The notes beneath the pieces are model-generated. The model searched no databases. It was not told the origin of the DNA and was given only the letters and a program-made list of their open reading frames with translations. 64,000 bases of DNA from Lysobacterales bacterium (GTDB taxonomy: Bacteria; Pseudomonadota; Gammaproteobacteria; Xanthomonadales; SZUA-5), in the NCBI GenBank assembly GCA_022844165.1, contig JALHMH010000004.1:128001-192000 (forward strand), written 5' to 3'. This document shows positions 1-10,261 of the stretch, piece after piece. How positions within the stretch are numbered: the stretch's first letter is position 1; every line of letters starts with the position of its first letter. A program made the translations under genes and the position numbers.

Positions 1-2801
1 CTACCGTCCGCGTTGCGAGTTGCGCCTGCGATCAAGTACCAGATCGGTCGACCGTTGCCGTCGTACGTGTACCAGGCGGGAAACAGAACGTCGCCTTGGT
101 GTGCCATCGACAGACCCCAGCCATCCTCCCCGGGAACGTACCAAAGCCCAGTGAGATTGGATGGGCTCAATGCGCGAGGCAGCGGCCAAACCCAGGCACC
201 ACGCGAACGGGTGAACGCGGCGAGCGTGGTGAAGCCGCGATCAACGTTCAGCTCCCAGATCATCGCTCGTGGTAGTCCTTCGAAACGCTGCCAGATCACC
301 TGTTCGGCATCGACATTGTTGGTGAAATAGAGCCCCCAGTCGCTGCCGGCAAATACCTGTCGCGGTATCCAGGGATTGACGATTACGGTGTTCACCGGAA
401 TCGACGGCAGATTGCCAGAGACATTGCGCCAGGCGAACTGCGTGCAACTGGCGCTGCAGCGGACCTGAAAGACGTTGCCAGGCTGTGCAGGCGTATTGGC
501 CGAAAAGCCAGCAACCGCTGCGTAGCCGATTGAGGGATCCACTGGATCGACAGCGACATCGAGCACCGGCCGGTTGGGTAACACCTGGTTGTTCCCCGTG
601 ACGTTGAGCCACTGTGCTGGCGTGGTATTGCCAAGATTGAGGCCGAACCAGACATTGCCATCGAGTGTGCCAACCATCGCGATTCGTCTTGTGGATGGCG
701 CGAAGCGCAAGCCCTGAATGACGGAGCGATTGTCGGTGCCCAGGATCAATGCGTCTTTGGTCAGATTCGGACTGATCGCTGTCCAGCGCGTGGCGGCCGT
801 GGTTGCGGTGGCGCCGTTTGTCGTCTCCCAAATTCGATTGGTGCCTGCAATCAAGTGCGTGCAACCTTCGCTCGCGCTACAGCCGCTGTGTGGGACATTG
901 GTATCGCCATAGCGGTACAAATCGAACCGCATCAAGAAGCTCTTGGGATCGCCACTGGTCTGGCCGGCGCCCCATGCGCCGAAAGCCTGCGCCTCCGGCG
1001 CATTCGGTCCGTTGGTGCTGACCACCAGATTGCCGCGTTGGCTCGACATGTAGACACGCTGGCCAAGGATTGGCTCAATGCGTGCGGTAATGCCGTCGCC
1101 GCCGAATACATGAGTCCACGCCGCTGGCGTTGCAGGACCGCTCTGGACCAGTACGCTGGTCCCATTGTCTTGCGCACCTCCAATGACAACGCGGTCATTG
1201 TTTGTGGCAAAGTTCGCGGATATGTCACCCGAATAAAACTCGATGGCGTTGATCGATGTGTTCAGCGGTATCCAGTTGGGTTCCGCGGCCGTCGCATTGC
1301 CGGTGTAGTAGACGCCGCCGTCGTTGCCAATCAGCAAACGGTTGGAGTCGCCGCCGACGAAGGCACGGGCGTGTTGGTCGATGTGAACAGCGCCGCTGTC
1401 GTTGCTACCCGCCCGCGTGCAAGAGATCGCCGGAAAGGTATTGCCGCCATCGGTCGAGCGATACACCCACCAGGCGCTGAGCACCACGGTTTCGGGATTG
1501 TTCGGGTCGACGCTGATGCCCGCGTTGTACCAGTTCTGATTGCCCGGCTGGCATCCGCTGAACGATGCGCCGGCAGGCTGGCTGCGCAATTGCCAGCTGT
1601 CGCCGCCGTCGACGCTGCGATAAAGCGCCTGAATTTCGAAGTTCGCAGGCCCAATCGTCTTGGCATAGATGACATTGGGCGCAGAAGGTGCAATCGCCAG
1701 TTCGACGCGGCCAAACGGTGCGAACGACTGGCCGACGCCGGTGTTTGCCGGCCAACCATTCTCTTGGCGAGAGATCAAGGTCCAGGCGCTGACGGCGGGG
1801 CACTGGGCGTTTGGCCAGGTCGTGCGGTAGACGCCGTTTGCGCCGTTCTGATCAAGATCCGGTTGCACCGGAGTGGCTGAACCACGTGCGCCAACGGCGG
1901 CGTAGAGTGTGGTGCTGCCTGCTACCAGTACGGCGTTCAATGCTGTAATGTCCTGTCGCTGTGGATTGATGGCGTTGTGTCCGAACCGATTGGTCAGGCA
2001 CGGCCCGCTCCAGGTGTGGCCCGCGTCGTACGAAAAGTACAGTCCGGTTTTGGTTCCCACCGCGACGCGATTGGAGTTGCCCGGATCGACGAGCACTTTG
2101 CCGATCGCCTGGTATTGCGCGAAGGCACTCAGCGATGCCGGATAATTGGGGACAAAAACGTCGCGACCGAGGACTTGCCAGGTGTCGCCGCCGTCGCTGG
2201 ATTTGAGTACGCCGGCAGAGCCAAACGACCAGGAACCGAAACGCAGGTCGCCCGTACCGGCATAAATTACGTTTGCATTGTTTGGATCCATCTCCAAATC
2301 GCCGATGGCAATGCTCGCAATATTCGGATCGTCGGTGACGTTGGAGAACGTTGTGTCCGCCGAGCAGCAGTTGTCGGATCGCCACACGCCGCCACCGTCG
2401 CTGGCAACCCATACCCGGTAGGAGTTGAGATTGCCCGGGACCAAAGGCAAAGGTGAGACGACAATATCGTTGACACGGCCGGTAACGCGGTCGCTGCCCT
2501 GGTTGAGGGGCTGGGGGCCGAGCGGCGTAAAAACGTTCGGGTTGAGTCGCGCGTTTTTGTCGGTCAAGCGGTTTCCTTCGGGTATCGCCGCTGAAACACT
2601 CAGGTCTTGGGTCAGCGCTTCGTTCCACCAATTGGCGTCGAAACGTCCGGTGGGATAGCTGTAAAGGTGCGCCATAAAATCGCCGATCGGTTCAGCACGC
2701 GGGTCTTTGATGACCTTCGGCGTGTTAACGCTCAGCTGTGGCGCGTGGTGCGTGCAGCTCAGCATCAGTAACACCATCGACAGCAGTAAACCTTTTCGCA
2801 T
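1..2801 (-). CDS. Large secreted BNR/Asp-box beta-propeller (glycosyl hydrolase-like) protein, runs off the left edge
   Basis: Not in the ORF track because no stop falls inside the window. Read manually from ATG 2801: MRKGLLLSMVLLMLSC (signal/lipoprotein-like), FTPLGPQP, GRVNDIVV, ASDGGGVWRS, later S.DGG.TW repeats. The same frame at nt 1-155 gives GLWYVPGEDGWG..WYTYDGNGRPIWYL. Confidence 0.8.
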   Translation of the reverse strand, partial: MRKGLLLSMVLLMLSCTHHAPQLSVNTPKVIKDPRAEPIGDFMAHLYSYPTGRFDANWWNEALTQDLSVSAAIPEGNRLTDKNARLNPNVFTPLGPQPLNQGSDRVTGRVNDIVVSPLPLVPGNLNSYRVWVASDGGGVWRSDNCCSADTTFSNVTDDPNIASIAIGDLEMDPNNANVIYAGTGDLRFGSWSFGSAGVLKSSDGGDTWQVLGRDVFVPNYPASLSAFAQYQAIGKVLVDPGNSNRVAVGTKTGLYFSYDAGHTWSGPCLTNRFGHNAINPQRQDITALNAVLVAGSTTLYAAVGARGSATPVQPDLDQNGANGVYRTTWPNAQCPAVSAWTLISRQENGWPANTGVGQSFAPFGRVELAIAPSAPNVIYAKTIGPANFEIQALYRSVDGGDSWQLRSQPAGASFSGCQPGNQNWYNAGISVDPNNPETVVLSAWWVYRSTDGGNTFPAISCTRAGSNDSGAVHIDQHARAFVGGDSNRLLIGNDGGVYYTGNATAAEPNWIPLNTSINAIEFYSGDISANFATNNDRVVIGGAQDNGTSVLVQSGPATPAAWTHVFGGDGITARIEPILGQRVYMSSQRGNLVVSTNGPNAPEAQAFGAWGAGQTSGDPKSFLMRFDLYRYGDTNVPHSGCSASEGCTHLIAGTNRIWETTNGATATTAATRWTAISPNLTKDALILGTDNRSVIQGLRFAPSTRRIAMVGTLDGNVWFGLNLGNTTPAQWLNVTGNNQVLPNRPVLDVAVDPVDPSIGYAAVAGFSANTPAQPGNVFQVRCSASCTQFAWRNVSGNLPSIPVNTVIVNPWIPRQVFAGSDWGLYFTNNVDAEQVIWQRFEGLPRAMIWELNVDRGFTTLAAFTRSRGAWVWPLPRALSPSNLTGLWYVPGEDGWGLSMAHQGDVLFPAWYTYDGNGRPIWYLIAGATRNADG

Positions 2802-2871
2802 GGTCTGCGTTCCTATCGCCGATAGGCGCAGAATACGGCGCATCGTTCGCGTCTCGCGCAGGAACTTTGTC

Positions 2872-5800
2872 ATGGTTCGTTGGGTAGCTGCTTCACTGAT
2901 GCTGGCGATGACATCTGCATTCGCAGAAGTGCCATACGTGAATTTCGAGAATCACCCGGTCCGTGCGCTGTCGCTCAGTCCCAACCGGCAACTGCTTGCG
3001 GTCGCGCACACCAGCGATGCTCGCGTGCAGCTGATCGACGTCAGCGGCGAATCGCCGCTGGCCGTCGGCCATGTGGTCGTCGGTTTTGATCCTGTCGCGG
3101 TGCAGTGGCGCAACGATGGCGAGCTTTGGGTGGTCAACCATGTTTCCGATTCGATCAGCATCGTTGATGTGACGGCGCGGCGCATCACGCGCACGCTGGC
3201 GACGGGCGATGAACCCTTCGATATCGTATTCGCTGGCAACCGCGCGTTCGTGAGTTGCTCGCAAGTCAATCAGGTCCAGGTATTCGATCTGAATGCACTG
3301 CACGTTGCGCCCCAGGTTGTGTCCATCAACGGCGAAGATCCCCGTGCATTGGCCCTGAGTCGGGACGGGCAAACGGTGTATGCGGCGATATTCGAATCGG
3401 GCAATGCCAGCACCATATTGGCGGGGAGTTTCTCCGGGATCAATCCCGGCATACCCAACGTTGTCAGCGATCCCCGCGGACCCTATGCCGGCCAGAATCC
3501 ACCGCCGAATCGCGGCACCAGCTTCGATCCACCGGTTCACCCGGCACGCACGCCGCCGCGCGTCAGTTTAATCGTCAAGCGCAACGCGCAAGGACGATGG
3601 ATGGATGACAACAACGGCGACTGGACGAACTTCGTATCGGGCCCGCAGGCCGCCGCATCGGGACGTCGCGTAGGCTGGACGCTTGGCGATCGCGATATCG
3701 CAGCGATCCGCGTCAGCGATTTGCAAGTGAGTTACATCACCGGGCTGATGAACATCGGCATGGCGCTGGCGGTCAATCCGGGCAGCGGCGAGGTGACGCT
3801 CGTGGGTACGGATGCGCGCAACGAAGTGCGCTTCGAGCCGATCATCAACGGCAAGTTTTTGACTGTCGCACTGGCGCGGCTCAACGCGAGCGGCAGTATC
3901 GTCAGCGACCTCAATCCGCATTTGATCGGGCAACCAGCGACGGTCGCGACTGCCTTACGCGAACGCTCGCTCGGCGATCCGCGTGCGATCGTCTGGAACG
4001 GCGATGGCTCTCGTGCCTATGTCGCAGGAATGGGTTCGAATAACGTTGTCGTGATCGATGCAAGCGGGTCACGAGTCGGTGCACCCATTCGTGTTGGCAC
4101 CGGGCCGGCTGGGCTTGCATTGGATGGCATACGCAACCGGCTCTATGTGTGGAACCACTTTGAGGCCTCGCTATCGCAGATCGACACGGCGACAAACACA
4201 GAGCGCTCGCGGTTGGCGCTTTTCAACCCGTTGCCGACCGCCATTCGCGAGGGCAGGGCGTTCCTTTACGACACTCAGCGCACCAGCGGTGGTGGACAGG
4301 TGTCTTGCGCCTCGTGCCACATCGATGCGCGGATGGACCGGCTGGCGTGGGATTTAGGCGATCCCAGCAAGCCGCCGCAGGTCTTCGATCAAAATTGCAT
4401 TACCCAGGTCGGGCAACCGCGCTGCGAGGACTTTCATGCGATGAAAGGCCCCATGACTACACAAACCATGCAAGACAACATCGGCCACGAACCGCATCAC
4501 TGGCGCGGCGACAGGGCGGGCATCGAGGCGTTCAATCCGGCCTTCGAAGAGTTGCTGGGCGACGATGTTGAACTGACGCGCAACGAAATGCAGGCGTTCG
4601 AAGATTTCCTCGCAACGATTCACTTCCCGCCGAATCCGTTTCGCAATTTCGACAACTCGCTACCGACTTCACTGCCGTTAGTGGGCCACTACACCAGTGG
4701 TCGTTTTGCGATGGCCGGGCAGAACTTTCCGCCGGGCAACGCGGTGCGCGGCACGGAGCTGTTCACCACCGGGCTGCTCGACAACGTATTCCAGTGCGGT
4801 AGTTGCCACACGTTGCCGACGGGCATGGCAACGAACGGCCCGCTATTGCTTGGCGTGCTCGGATTTCCGGTGGGCGGTCGGGTGATGCCTATGGGCCCGA
4901 ACGGCGAGAACCACCTTGGCGTTGTCAGCACCGACGGATCGACGAATGTCTCGATCAAAGTCCCTCAGCTGCGCAATCAGCACGAGAAAGTCGGCTTCGA
5001 AATGAGTCAACTCGACAACAACGCCGGCTTTGGTTTCTTCCATGACGGCTCTGTGGATTCGCTGGCGAAGTTTCTATCGGCCAACGTGTTCTCAGTCCGC
5101 AGCGATCAGGATCTGGCGGATCTGATTGCAATGAACCTGGCGTTTTCCGGCTCGGAATTTCCGCAGCCAAACGCGCCGCTTGGCGCGCCAGCGCCGCTGT
5201 CCAAAGATGCTCATGCGGGCGTGGGTCAGCAGATTTCGGTCGGTGCAAGCGTTCCGACGCGGGCGGCCGAGATGCTGGCTCAGGCGCGTGCCGGGCGCTT
5301 GGATTTGATCGTACGCGGCGATCGCGGGTACGTCTTCGACCGCAGTAGCGATTCGTTCACTCCCGATGATGGCAGCGTTGCCGTTTCCGTCAGTGCGTTG
5401 CAGGCGCTGGCGGCAACCAGCGCACAAACCTGGACCGCTGTGCCACGTGGAATGGGGCGGCGCCTGGGCATCAATCGAGATGGCGATAACGTGCTCGATG
5501 GCGTTGAGATTCGCCAGGGATCCAATCCAGCCGATGCGAGTTCAACGACGTTGCGCGCCCTCGCCGGTCTATGGTTCAACCCGGCGCGTTCCGGGCACGG
5601 GCTCGATGTGCAGCATGCCGGCAGCAACATGGTCGCGACGTGGTACACCTACAACGACGATGGCAGCCCGACCTGGTACTTGAGCGTTGGGCCACGCGCC
5701 AACCCCTATGTGGCTACGCTACGGCGATTCACCTGGAACGGCAGCGCAGCGGTAGAACAGAGTGTCGGCGATATTCGTCTTGAGTTTTCCAGCGCAACCC

Positions 5801-6258
5801 AGGGCAACATGCGCTGGACGCTGGGCTCACGCAGCGGCAGCGAGCCAATTCAATCACTGTTGATCGGTAGTGGATTCGCCAATCCTGATCGAACCGGAAC
5901 ATGGTTTGCGCCGAGCGAACCTGGTTGGGGACTGAGCATTCATAGCGACGCTAACGTGCGTGCGTCGGTGCTGTATTTCTACGATGGCAACGGTCAGCCG
6001 CGTTGGTCACTGGGCGTCGGCACAAATAGCGCGACGGAAGTTCTGACGATGCTCAACTATCGGGGTTTTTGCCCGGATTGTCCGTTGGTTACAACGACGA
6101 CAACAACCGCGGGCCAGATCAATTTTTCTTACAGCGGAGAGCGTGCCGGGCAAGCCTCAACCGACGTTGCCAGTGCCGCAACGCCAAACGCGCGGTGGTT
6201 GCGCAGTGCTTCGATCGCACCACTGACGGAAATGGCGCTGCGACCAGAGCAACACTGA
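2872..6258 (+). CDS. Secreted YVTN/YncE beta-propeller plus diheme cytochrome c (CcP/MauG-like) protein with two C-terminal GxW(F)xP..G(W/H)G repeats
   Basis: ORF 2707-6258; likely start MVRWVAAS (signal peptide ending AFA). Propeller repeats (VG.DP, TGDEP, VGTGPAGL), two CxxCH motifs (CASCH, CGSCH), KVPQLRN..FFHDGS motif. Confidence 0.75.
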   Translation: MVRWVAASLMLAMTSAFAEVPYVNFENHPVRALSLSPNRQLLAVAHTSDARVQLIDVSGESPLAVGHVVVGFDPVAVQWRNDGELWVVNHVSDSISIVDVTARRITRTLATGDEPFDIVFAGNRAFVSCSQVNQVQVFDLNALHVAPQVVSINGEDPRALALSRDGQTVYAAIFESGNASTILAGSFSGINPGIPNVVSDPRGPYAGQNPPPNRGTSFDPPVHPARTPPRVSLIVKRNAQGRWMDDNNGDWTNFVSGPQAAASGRRVGWTLGDRDIAAIRVSDLQVSYITGLMNIGMALAVNPGSGEVTLVGTDARNEVRFEPIINGKFLTVALARLNASGSIVSDLNPHLIGQPATVATALRERSLGDPRAIVWNGDGSRAYVAGMGSNNVVVIDASGSRVGAPIRVGTGPAGLALDGIRNRLYVWNHFEASLSQIDTATNTERSRLALFNPLPTAIREGRAFLYDTQRTSGGGQVSCASCHIDARMDRLAWDLGDPSKPPQVFDQNCITQVGQPRCEDFHAMKGPMTTQTMQDNIGHEPHHWRGDRAGIEAFNPAFEELLGDDVELTRNEMQAFEDFLATIHFPPNPFRNFDNSLPTSLPLVGHYTSGRFAMAGQNFPPGNAVRGTELFTTGLLDNVFQCGSCHTLPTGMATNGPLLLGVLGFPVGGRVMPMGPNGENHLGVVSTDGSTNVSIKVPQLRNQHEKVGFEMSQLDNNAGFGFFHDGSVDSLAKFLSANVFSVRSDQDLADLIAMNLAFSGSEFPQPNAPLGAPAPLSKDAHAGVGQQISVGASVPTRAAEMLAQARAGRLDLIVRGDRGYVFDRSSDSFTPDDGSVAVSVSALQALAATSAQTWTAVPRGMGRRLGINRDGDNVLDGVEIRQGSNPADASSTTLRALAGLWFNPARSGHGLDVQHAGSNMVATWYTYNDDGSPTWYLSVGPRANPYVATLRRFTWNGSAAVEQSVGDIRLEFSSATQGNMRWTLGSRSGSEPIQSLLIGSGFANPDRTGTWFAPSEPGWGLSIHSDANVRASVLYFYDGNGQPRWSLGVGTNSATEVLTMLNYRGFCPDCPLVTTTTTTAGQINFSYSGERAGQASTDVASAATPNARWLRSASIAPLTEMALRPEQH

Positions 6259-6262
6259 TCCC

Positions 6263-7429
6263 TCAACGCGCCGCGCACCAACCGGCGTAGTCGATATACG
6301 CAGCGTTCGCACGTCCTTGGGCGCATCGGGCGCAATCGGGATCGGCTTTCAATCGGATTTCGCGCAGCGTTGAGTGTAAGAAATCGATGGTCAGCAGGCG
6401 CCCGATCAGCGGTGAACCGATTCCCGCGATCAGCTTGATGGTTTCACTGGCTTGCCATGTACCCATGACGCCGGGTACGACGCCAAGCACACCCAGCTCT
6501 GCGCAATTGGGCGCTTCGTGACTCGGCGGCGGCTCGGGAAACAGGCATCGATAGCACGGTGCTTCGCCGCGCGCCGTTGCGGGATGGAAAACGCTGATTT
6601 GCCCCAGAAAACGTTCAACTGCGGCATACACCAGAGGCTTGCCGTGATTGAGCGCAGCGTCGCTGAGCAGATACCGAGTCGCCAGGTTGTCCGAACCATC
6701 GATGATGACCTCGCAGCCATCGATCAGCGCGTCGATATTGTTCGACTCGGCGCGTTCGGCATGCAACTCCAGATTCAGTGCCGGATTCAGCGCTGTCAGC
6801 GTGGCGGCCGCAGACTCCACTTTGGGTCGGCCGATGCGCGCCGCAGTGTGCACAATTTGTCGTTGCAAGTTGCTGCTATCCACGCTGTCGCCGTCGGCGA
6901 TGCGCAGGCTGCCGATGCCGGCTGCCGCGAGATACAGGGCGGCAGGTGACCCCAGGCCACCCGCGCCAACCAGGAGCACACGCGAGGCCTGCAACTTGCG
7001 CTGGCCATGAATGCCCAGCTGCGGCAGGGCGATTTGTCGCGAATAGCGCAGGCGCCAATTTGCGTCGTCCGCGATAAGCTCGACCGGCAGGCCCTGATCG
7101 ATCCACGCGCGCATGCCGCCCCGCACGACGCTGATCTGTCGATAGCCAAGGCGCCGCAGCGATTCGGCGGCCAGCAGCGCACGGCCACCGGCGGCGCACG
7201 TCAGCAGCACTGGGCGCTCCGGCGATGCATAGCCTTCGACTTGAAACTCGAGTTGTCCGCGCGCGATGGTGCATGCGCCAGGGGCAATCCCGCTTGCCCA
7301 CTCATCAGGTTCGCGGACATCGATCAACAACGCGCCGTGGCGCTGCTCGGCCAGCGCTTGCGCCGGTTCAAGGAGCTGAAACTCCGCGCGCAGTTTTTCC
7401 AGCCATGATTCGCGTTCGCTCACAGACAT
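6263..7429 (-). CDS. moeB: Molybdopterin-synthase adenylyltransferase MoeB with N-terminal rhodanese domain
   Basis: IDVREPDEW and CAAGGR rhodanese motifs; RYSRQ, GAGGLG, SNLQRQ, CYRC and C-terminal CxxC of the ThiF/MoeB family. Confidence 0.9.
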   Translation of the reverse strand: MSVSERESWLEKLRAEFQLLEPAQALAEQRHGALLIDVREPDEWASGIAPGACTIARGQLEFQVEGYASPERPVLLTCAAGGRALLAAESLRRLGYRQISVVRGGMRAWIDQGLPVELIADDANWRLRYSRQIALPQLGIHGQRKLQASRVLLVGAGGLGSPAALYLAAAGIGSLRIADGDSVDSSNLQRQIVHTAARIGRPKVESAAATLTALNPALNLELHAERAESNNIDALIDGCEVIIDGSDNLATRYLLSDAALNHGKPLVYAAVERFLGQISVFHPATARGEAPCYRCLFPEPPPSHEAPNCAELGVLGVVPGVMGTWQASETIKLIAGIGSPLIGRLLTIDFLHSTLREIRLKADPDCARCAQGRANAAYIDYAGWCAAR

Positions 7430-8652
7430 TGCACCCAGACCCGTTCGCCCGCACGGCATTCTTGAGCGCCAGTGGGCAGGTAAATCAGAGCATTCACGTC
7501 CTTCAGACTCAACAGCCGATGTGGCTGTTGGTTTGCGAGTGGCTCAACGCAGGCATTGCCGTTTGCATCGATACGCCAATGGCCGCGCTGAATTTCAGCA
7601 CGCGGATGCGATTTCAGCAGGTCGCGCGACAGTCTCATGTGTTGTCGAGCCGGGCTTTGAGCATGGCCGGTTGCCATCAGGCGCAATGCCGGTGCTACCA
7701 GTGCGTGAAACAGCGAGAACACCGATGCGATATTGCCCGGCAGACCGAAGAGTGGAGCGTCGCCCCAGCGACCAAACAACGTTGGGTGTCCAGGTTTGAG
7801 CTGTAGTTGCCAAAAATGCACCTGCCCGTGTTCTGCCAACAGCGGCGGGAGCAGGTCCATCTCGCTGCTGGAAACGCTGCCGCTGGTCACGATCAGATCG
7901 GCGCGCGCCGCAATTGTCGTTAGTGCCTGGGCGATCTTTTGTGGATCGTCCGGCAGCAACTCCCGACATTGCACGACGCCACCCGTTTGTTCGATCAAAG
8001 ACTGCAATAGTGCATTATTACATTGATAGACGTGGTCTTTCGCGCAGGGCTGGCCCGGCTCGGTCAGCTCGCTGCCGAGCCCGACGATGGCGACGCGCGG
8101 CGGAACGTAGACCCGTAACGGTTGAACGCCGGCTGCGGCCAGTAACGCCAGCTGCACGGGCCCGATGCGTTCGCCGCGGGTCAACAAACGCGTTCCGGGG
8201 GCGGCGTCTTCACCCACCACACGCACGTTGGCGCCTCGGCTGGGAATGGCCGTTGGCGTCAGCACGGCCGCACTGACCATGCAATGTTCGTCGACGATGA
8301 TCGTGTCGTAGCCCTGCGGCATGGGAGCGCCGGTGGTCACTCGAACGGCGCTATTGGGTGGCGCTTCGCCGCGATAGGCGCTGCCGGCCTGGGCTCGGCC
8401 GACGACGCTCAGGGCGCTTCGGGCCGCCAGTTCATCGTAGCGCACCGCAAAGCCATCCATCGCTGCCTGAGAGAATGGCGGCCATGGTCTGGCAAGAATC
8501 ACATCGTCGGCCGAGTAACGGCCCGCTGCGGTGTACAGATCGACGCGTTCTGCATACGCTGCGCGCCCGCTCAGCGCCGCACCGACCAATTCCTCGGCCG
8601 TGCTCAATGGGATGTTCTTCGGGTAGGGCGCGGCGAATGGGTCGATGGCCAT
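7420..8652 (-). CDS. moeA: Molybdopterin molybdotransferase MoeA (gephyrin-like)
   Basis: PPF..AAMDGFAV, TGAPMP.G.D, N(V)R..GED, KPG.P..FG, LPGN motifs. Confidence 0.85.
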   Translation of the reverse strand: MAIDPFAAPYPKNIPLSTAEELVGAALSGRAAYAERVDLYTAAGRYSADDVILARPWPPFSQAAMDGFAVRYDELAARSALSVVGRAQAGSAYRGEAPPNSAVRVTTGAPMPQGYDTIIVDEHCMVSAAVLTPTAIPSRGANVRVVGEDAAPGTRLLTRGERIGPVQLALLAAAGVQPLRVYVPPRVAIVGLGSELTEPGQPCAKDHVYQCNNALLQSLIEQTGGVVQCRELLPDDPQKIAQALTTIAARADLIVTSGSVSSSEMDLLPPLLAEHGQVHFWQLQLKPGHPTLFGRWGDAPLFGLPGNIASVFSLFHALVAPALRLMATGHAQSPARQHMRLSRDLLKSHPRAEIQRGHWRIDANGNACVEPLANQQPHRLLSLKDVNALIYLPTGAQECRAGERVWVQCL

Positions 8653-8664
8653 TTTGCGCTAACG

Positions 8665-10047
8665 CTACCGCTTGACGTGCCGCATCAGCCGTTGGCGCTT
8701 CTTCTTCTGCCGATCGGTTAACTCGTTACGCTTTTCAGCGAACGGGTTAGCGCCGTCCCGAAACTCCAGGACCAGCGGAGTGCCGGTGAGACGAAATTTT
8801 TCACGCAACGACTTTTCGAGATAGCGGTGATAAGAACCCGGCAGCTTCGACAATCGCGAACCGTGAACGATGATGCGCGGCGGGTTACGGCCGCCTTGAT
8901 GCGCGTAACGCATCTTGGCCACGCGGCCCTGGACCATCGGTGGCTGGTGCTTTTCGAAGGCCTTGTTCAGCGATTCCGTGAGCTCGGTCGCCGAGAACTC
9001 ACGTGTTGCAGCGCGGTGGGCCTGATTGACGGCCTTGATCAGTTCGCCCAAACCTGAGCCATGCAGTGCAGAGATCGGAATCCGCTTGGCGTAATCGACG
9101 AACGCCAGCCCCCAGTCAAGACGAGAGTTGACCAAGGTACGCTCACGTACGGCCAAACCGTCCCATTTATTCACGGCGAGCACCAAACCTCGGCCGAAGT
9201 TGACCAACTCACCTAACAGGTGCGCGTCCTGATCGGCGAATCCTTGCTGCGCATCCAGCATCAGAATGACGACATGGGCGTCGTTGGCGGCTTGCAGTGC
9301 CTTGATGACGCTGAACTTCTCGACCGTCGCTTCAACGCGTGCGCGTCGCCGAATGCCGGCCGTATCGATCAGCAGGTACTTTTTTCCGTCGCGTTCCATC
9401 GGAATACGCACCGCATCGCGTGTCGTGCCGGGCATATCCATCGCGAGCACGCGCTCTTCGCCGAGCAATCGATTGACCAAGGTGCTCTTACCCACATTCG
9501 GGCGGCCAATGATCGCAATGCGAATGCGCCCGTCGTCGCTTACCGTGGTATCTACCGCTGGCAACAGGCCGTCCAGGTGTTCGACCAATTCGCCGATGCC
9601 GGCGTGATGGGCGGCGGAAACAAACAAGACATCGGCCAGGCCCAGGCGCGAGAACTCCGCATGCGCATCTTCGATACGTACGCCGTCGATCTTGTTGACC
9701 ACAAGTGTGATCGGCTTGGACAGTGCGCGCACTCGGTTGGCGATTTCAATGTCGTCGGGATGCAGTCCATCGCGCGCATCGACGATCAGAGCCACATGAT
9801 CGGATTCTTCGATGGCCTGCCAACTTTGTGCGCTCATGCCCTTGGCGAGCAGGTCTTCGCCATCGGTCAGACCGGCGGTATCGACCACCATGAACGGTTT
9901 CTCGCCGCGGTGGGAAATGCCAAAAAGGCGATCTCTTGTCACGCCCGGCATGTCGGTCACGATGGCATCGCGAGTACGCGTCAGCGCGTTGTAGATCGTC
10001 GATTTGCCGACGTTTGGCCGGCCGACTAACGCGACGACGGGCAGCAT
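8665..10047 (-). CDS. der: Ribosome biogenesis GTPase Der (EngA)
   Basis: Two GRPNVGKST P-loops, DTAG, NKID/NKWD, KH-like C-terminus; start trimmed to MLPVVAL. Confidence 0.97.
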   Translation of the reverse strand: MLPVVALVGRPNVGKSTIYNALTRTRDAIVTDMPGVTRDRLFGISHRGEKPFMVVDTAGLTDGEDLLAKGMSAQSWQAIEESDHVALIVDARDGLHPDDIEIANRVRALSKPITLVVNKIDGVRIEDAHAEFSRLGLADVLFVSAAHHAGIGELVEHLDGLLPAVDTTVSDDGRIRIAIIGRPNVGKSTLVNRLLGEERVLAMDMPGTTRDAVRIPMERDGKKYLLIDTAGIRRRARVEATVEKFSVIKALQAANDAHVVILMLDAQQGFADQDAHLLGELVNFGRGLVLAVNKWDGLAVRERTLVNSRLDWGLAFVDYAKRIPISALHGSGLGELIKAVNQAHRAATREFSATELTESLNKAFEKHQPPMVQGRVAKMRYAHQGGRNPPRIIVHGSRLSKLPGSYHRYLEKSLREKFRLTGTPLVLEFRDGANPFAEKRNELTDRQKKKRQRLMRHVKR

Positions 10048-10261
10048 GCTGGGGCTATTGTCGTCCATCGATCGGTGTCTTGGGTTGCCGTGAAAGTTGG
10101 TGGGTTGGACTTGGCGCTGACGCCCTCCCTCGACTTCGGGGAGGGCATCGGCAGACAACGATTGCGCTCAACCAATGTAACCGCCGACGGCTTGCGGCCA
10201 TGATCGTTGTGTACGGCGATATGGGCCCGCGTTCGCGGCGTTGTCGGGTCTGGATGAATCC

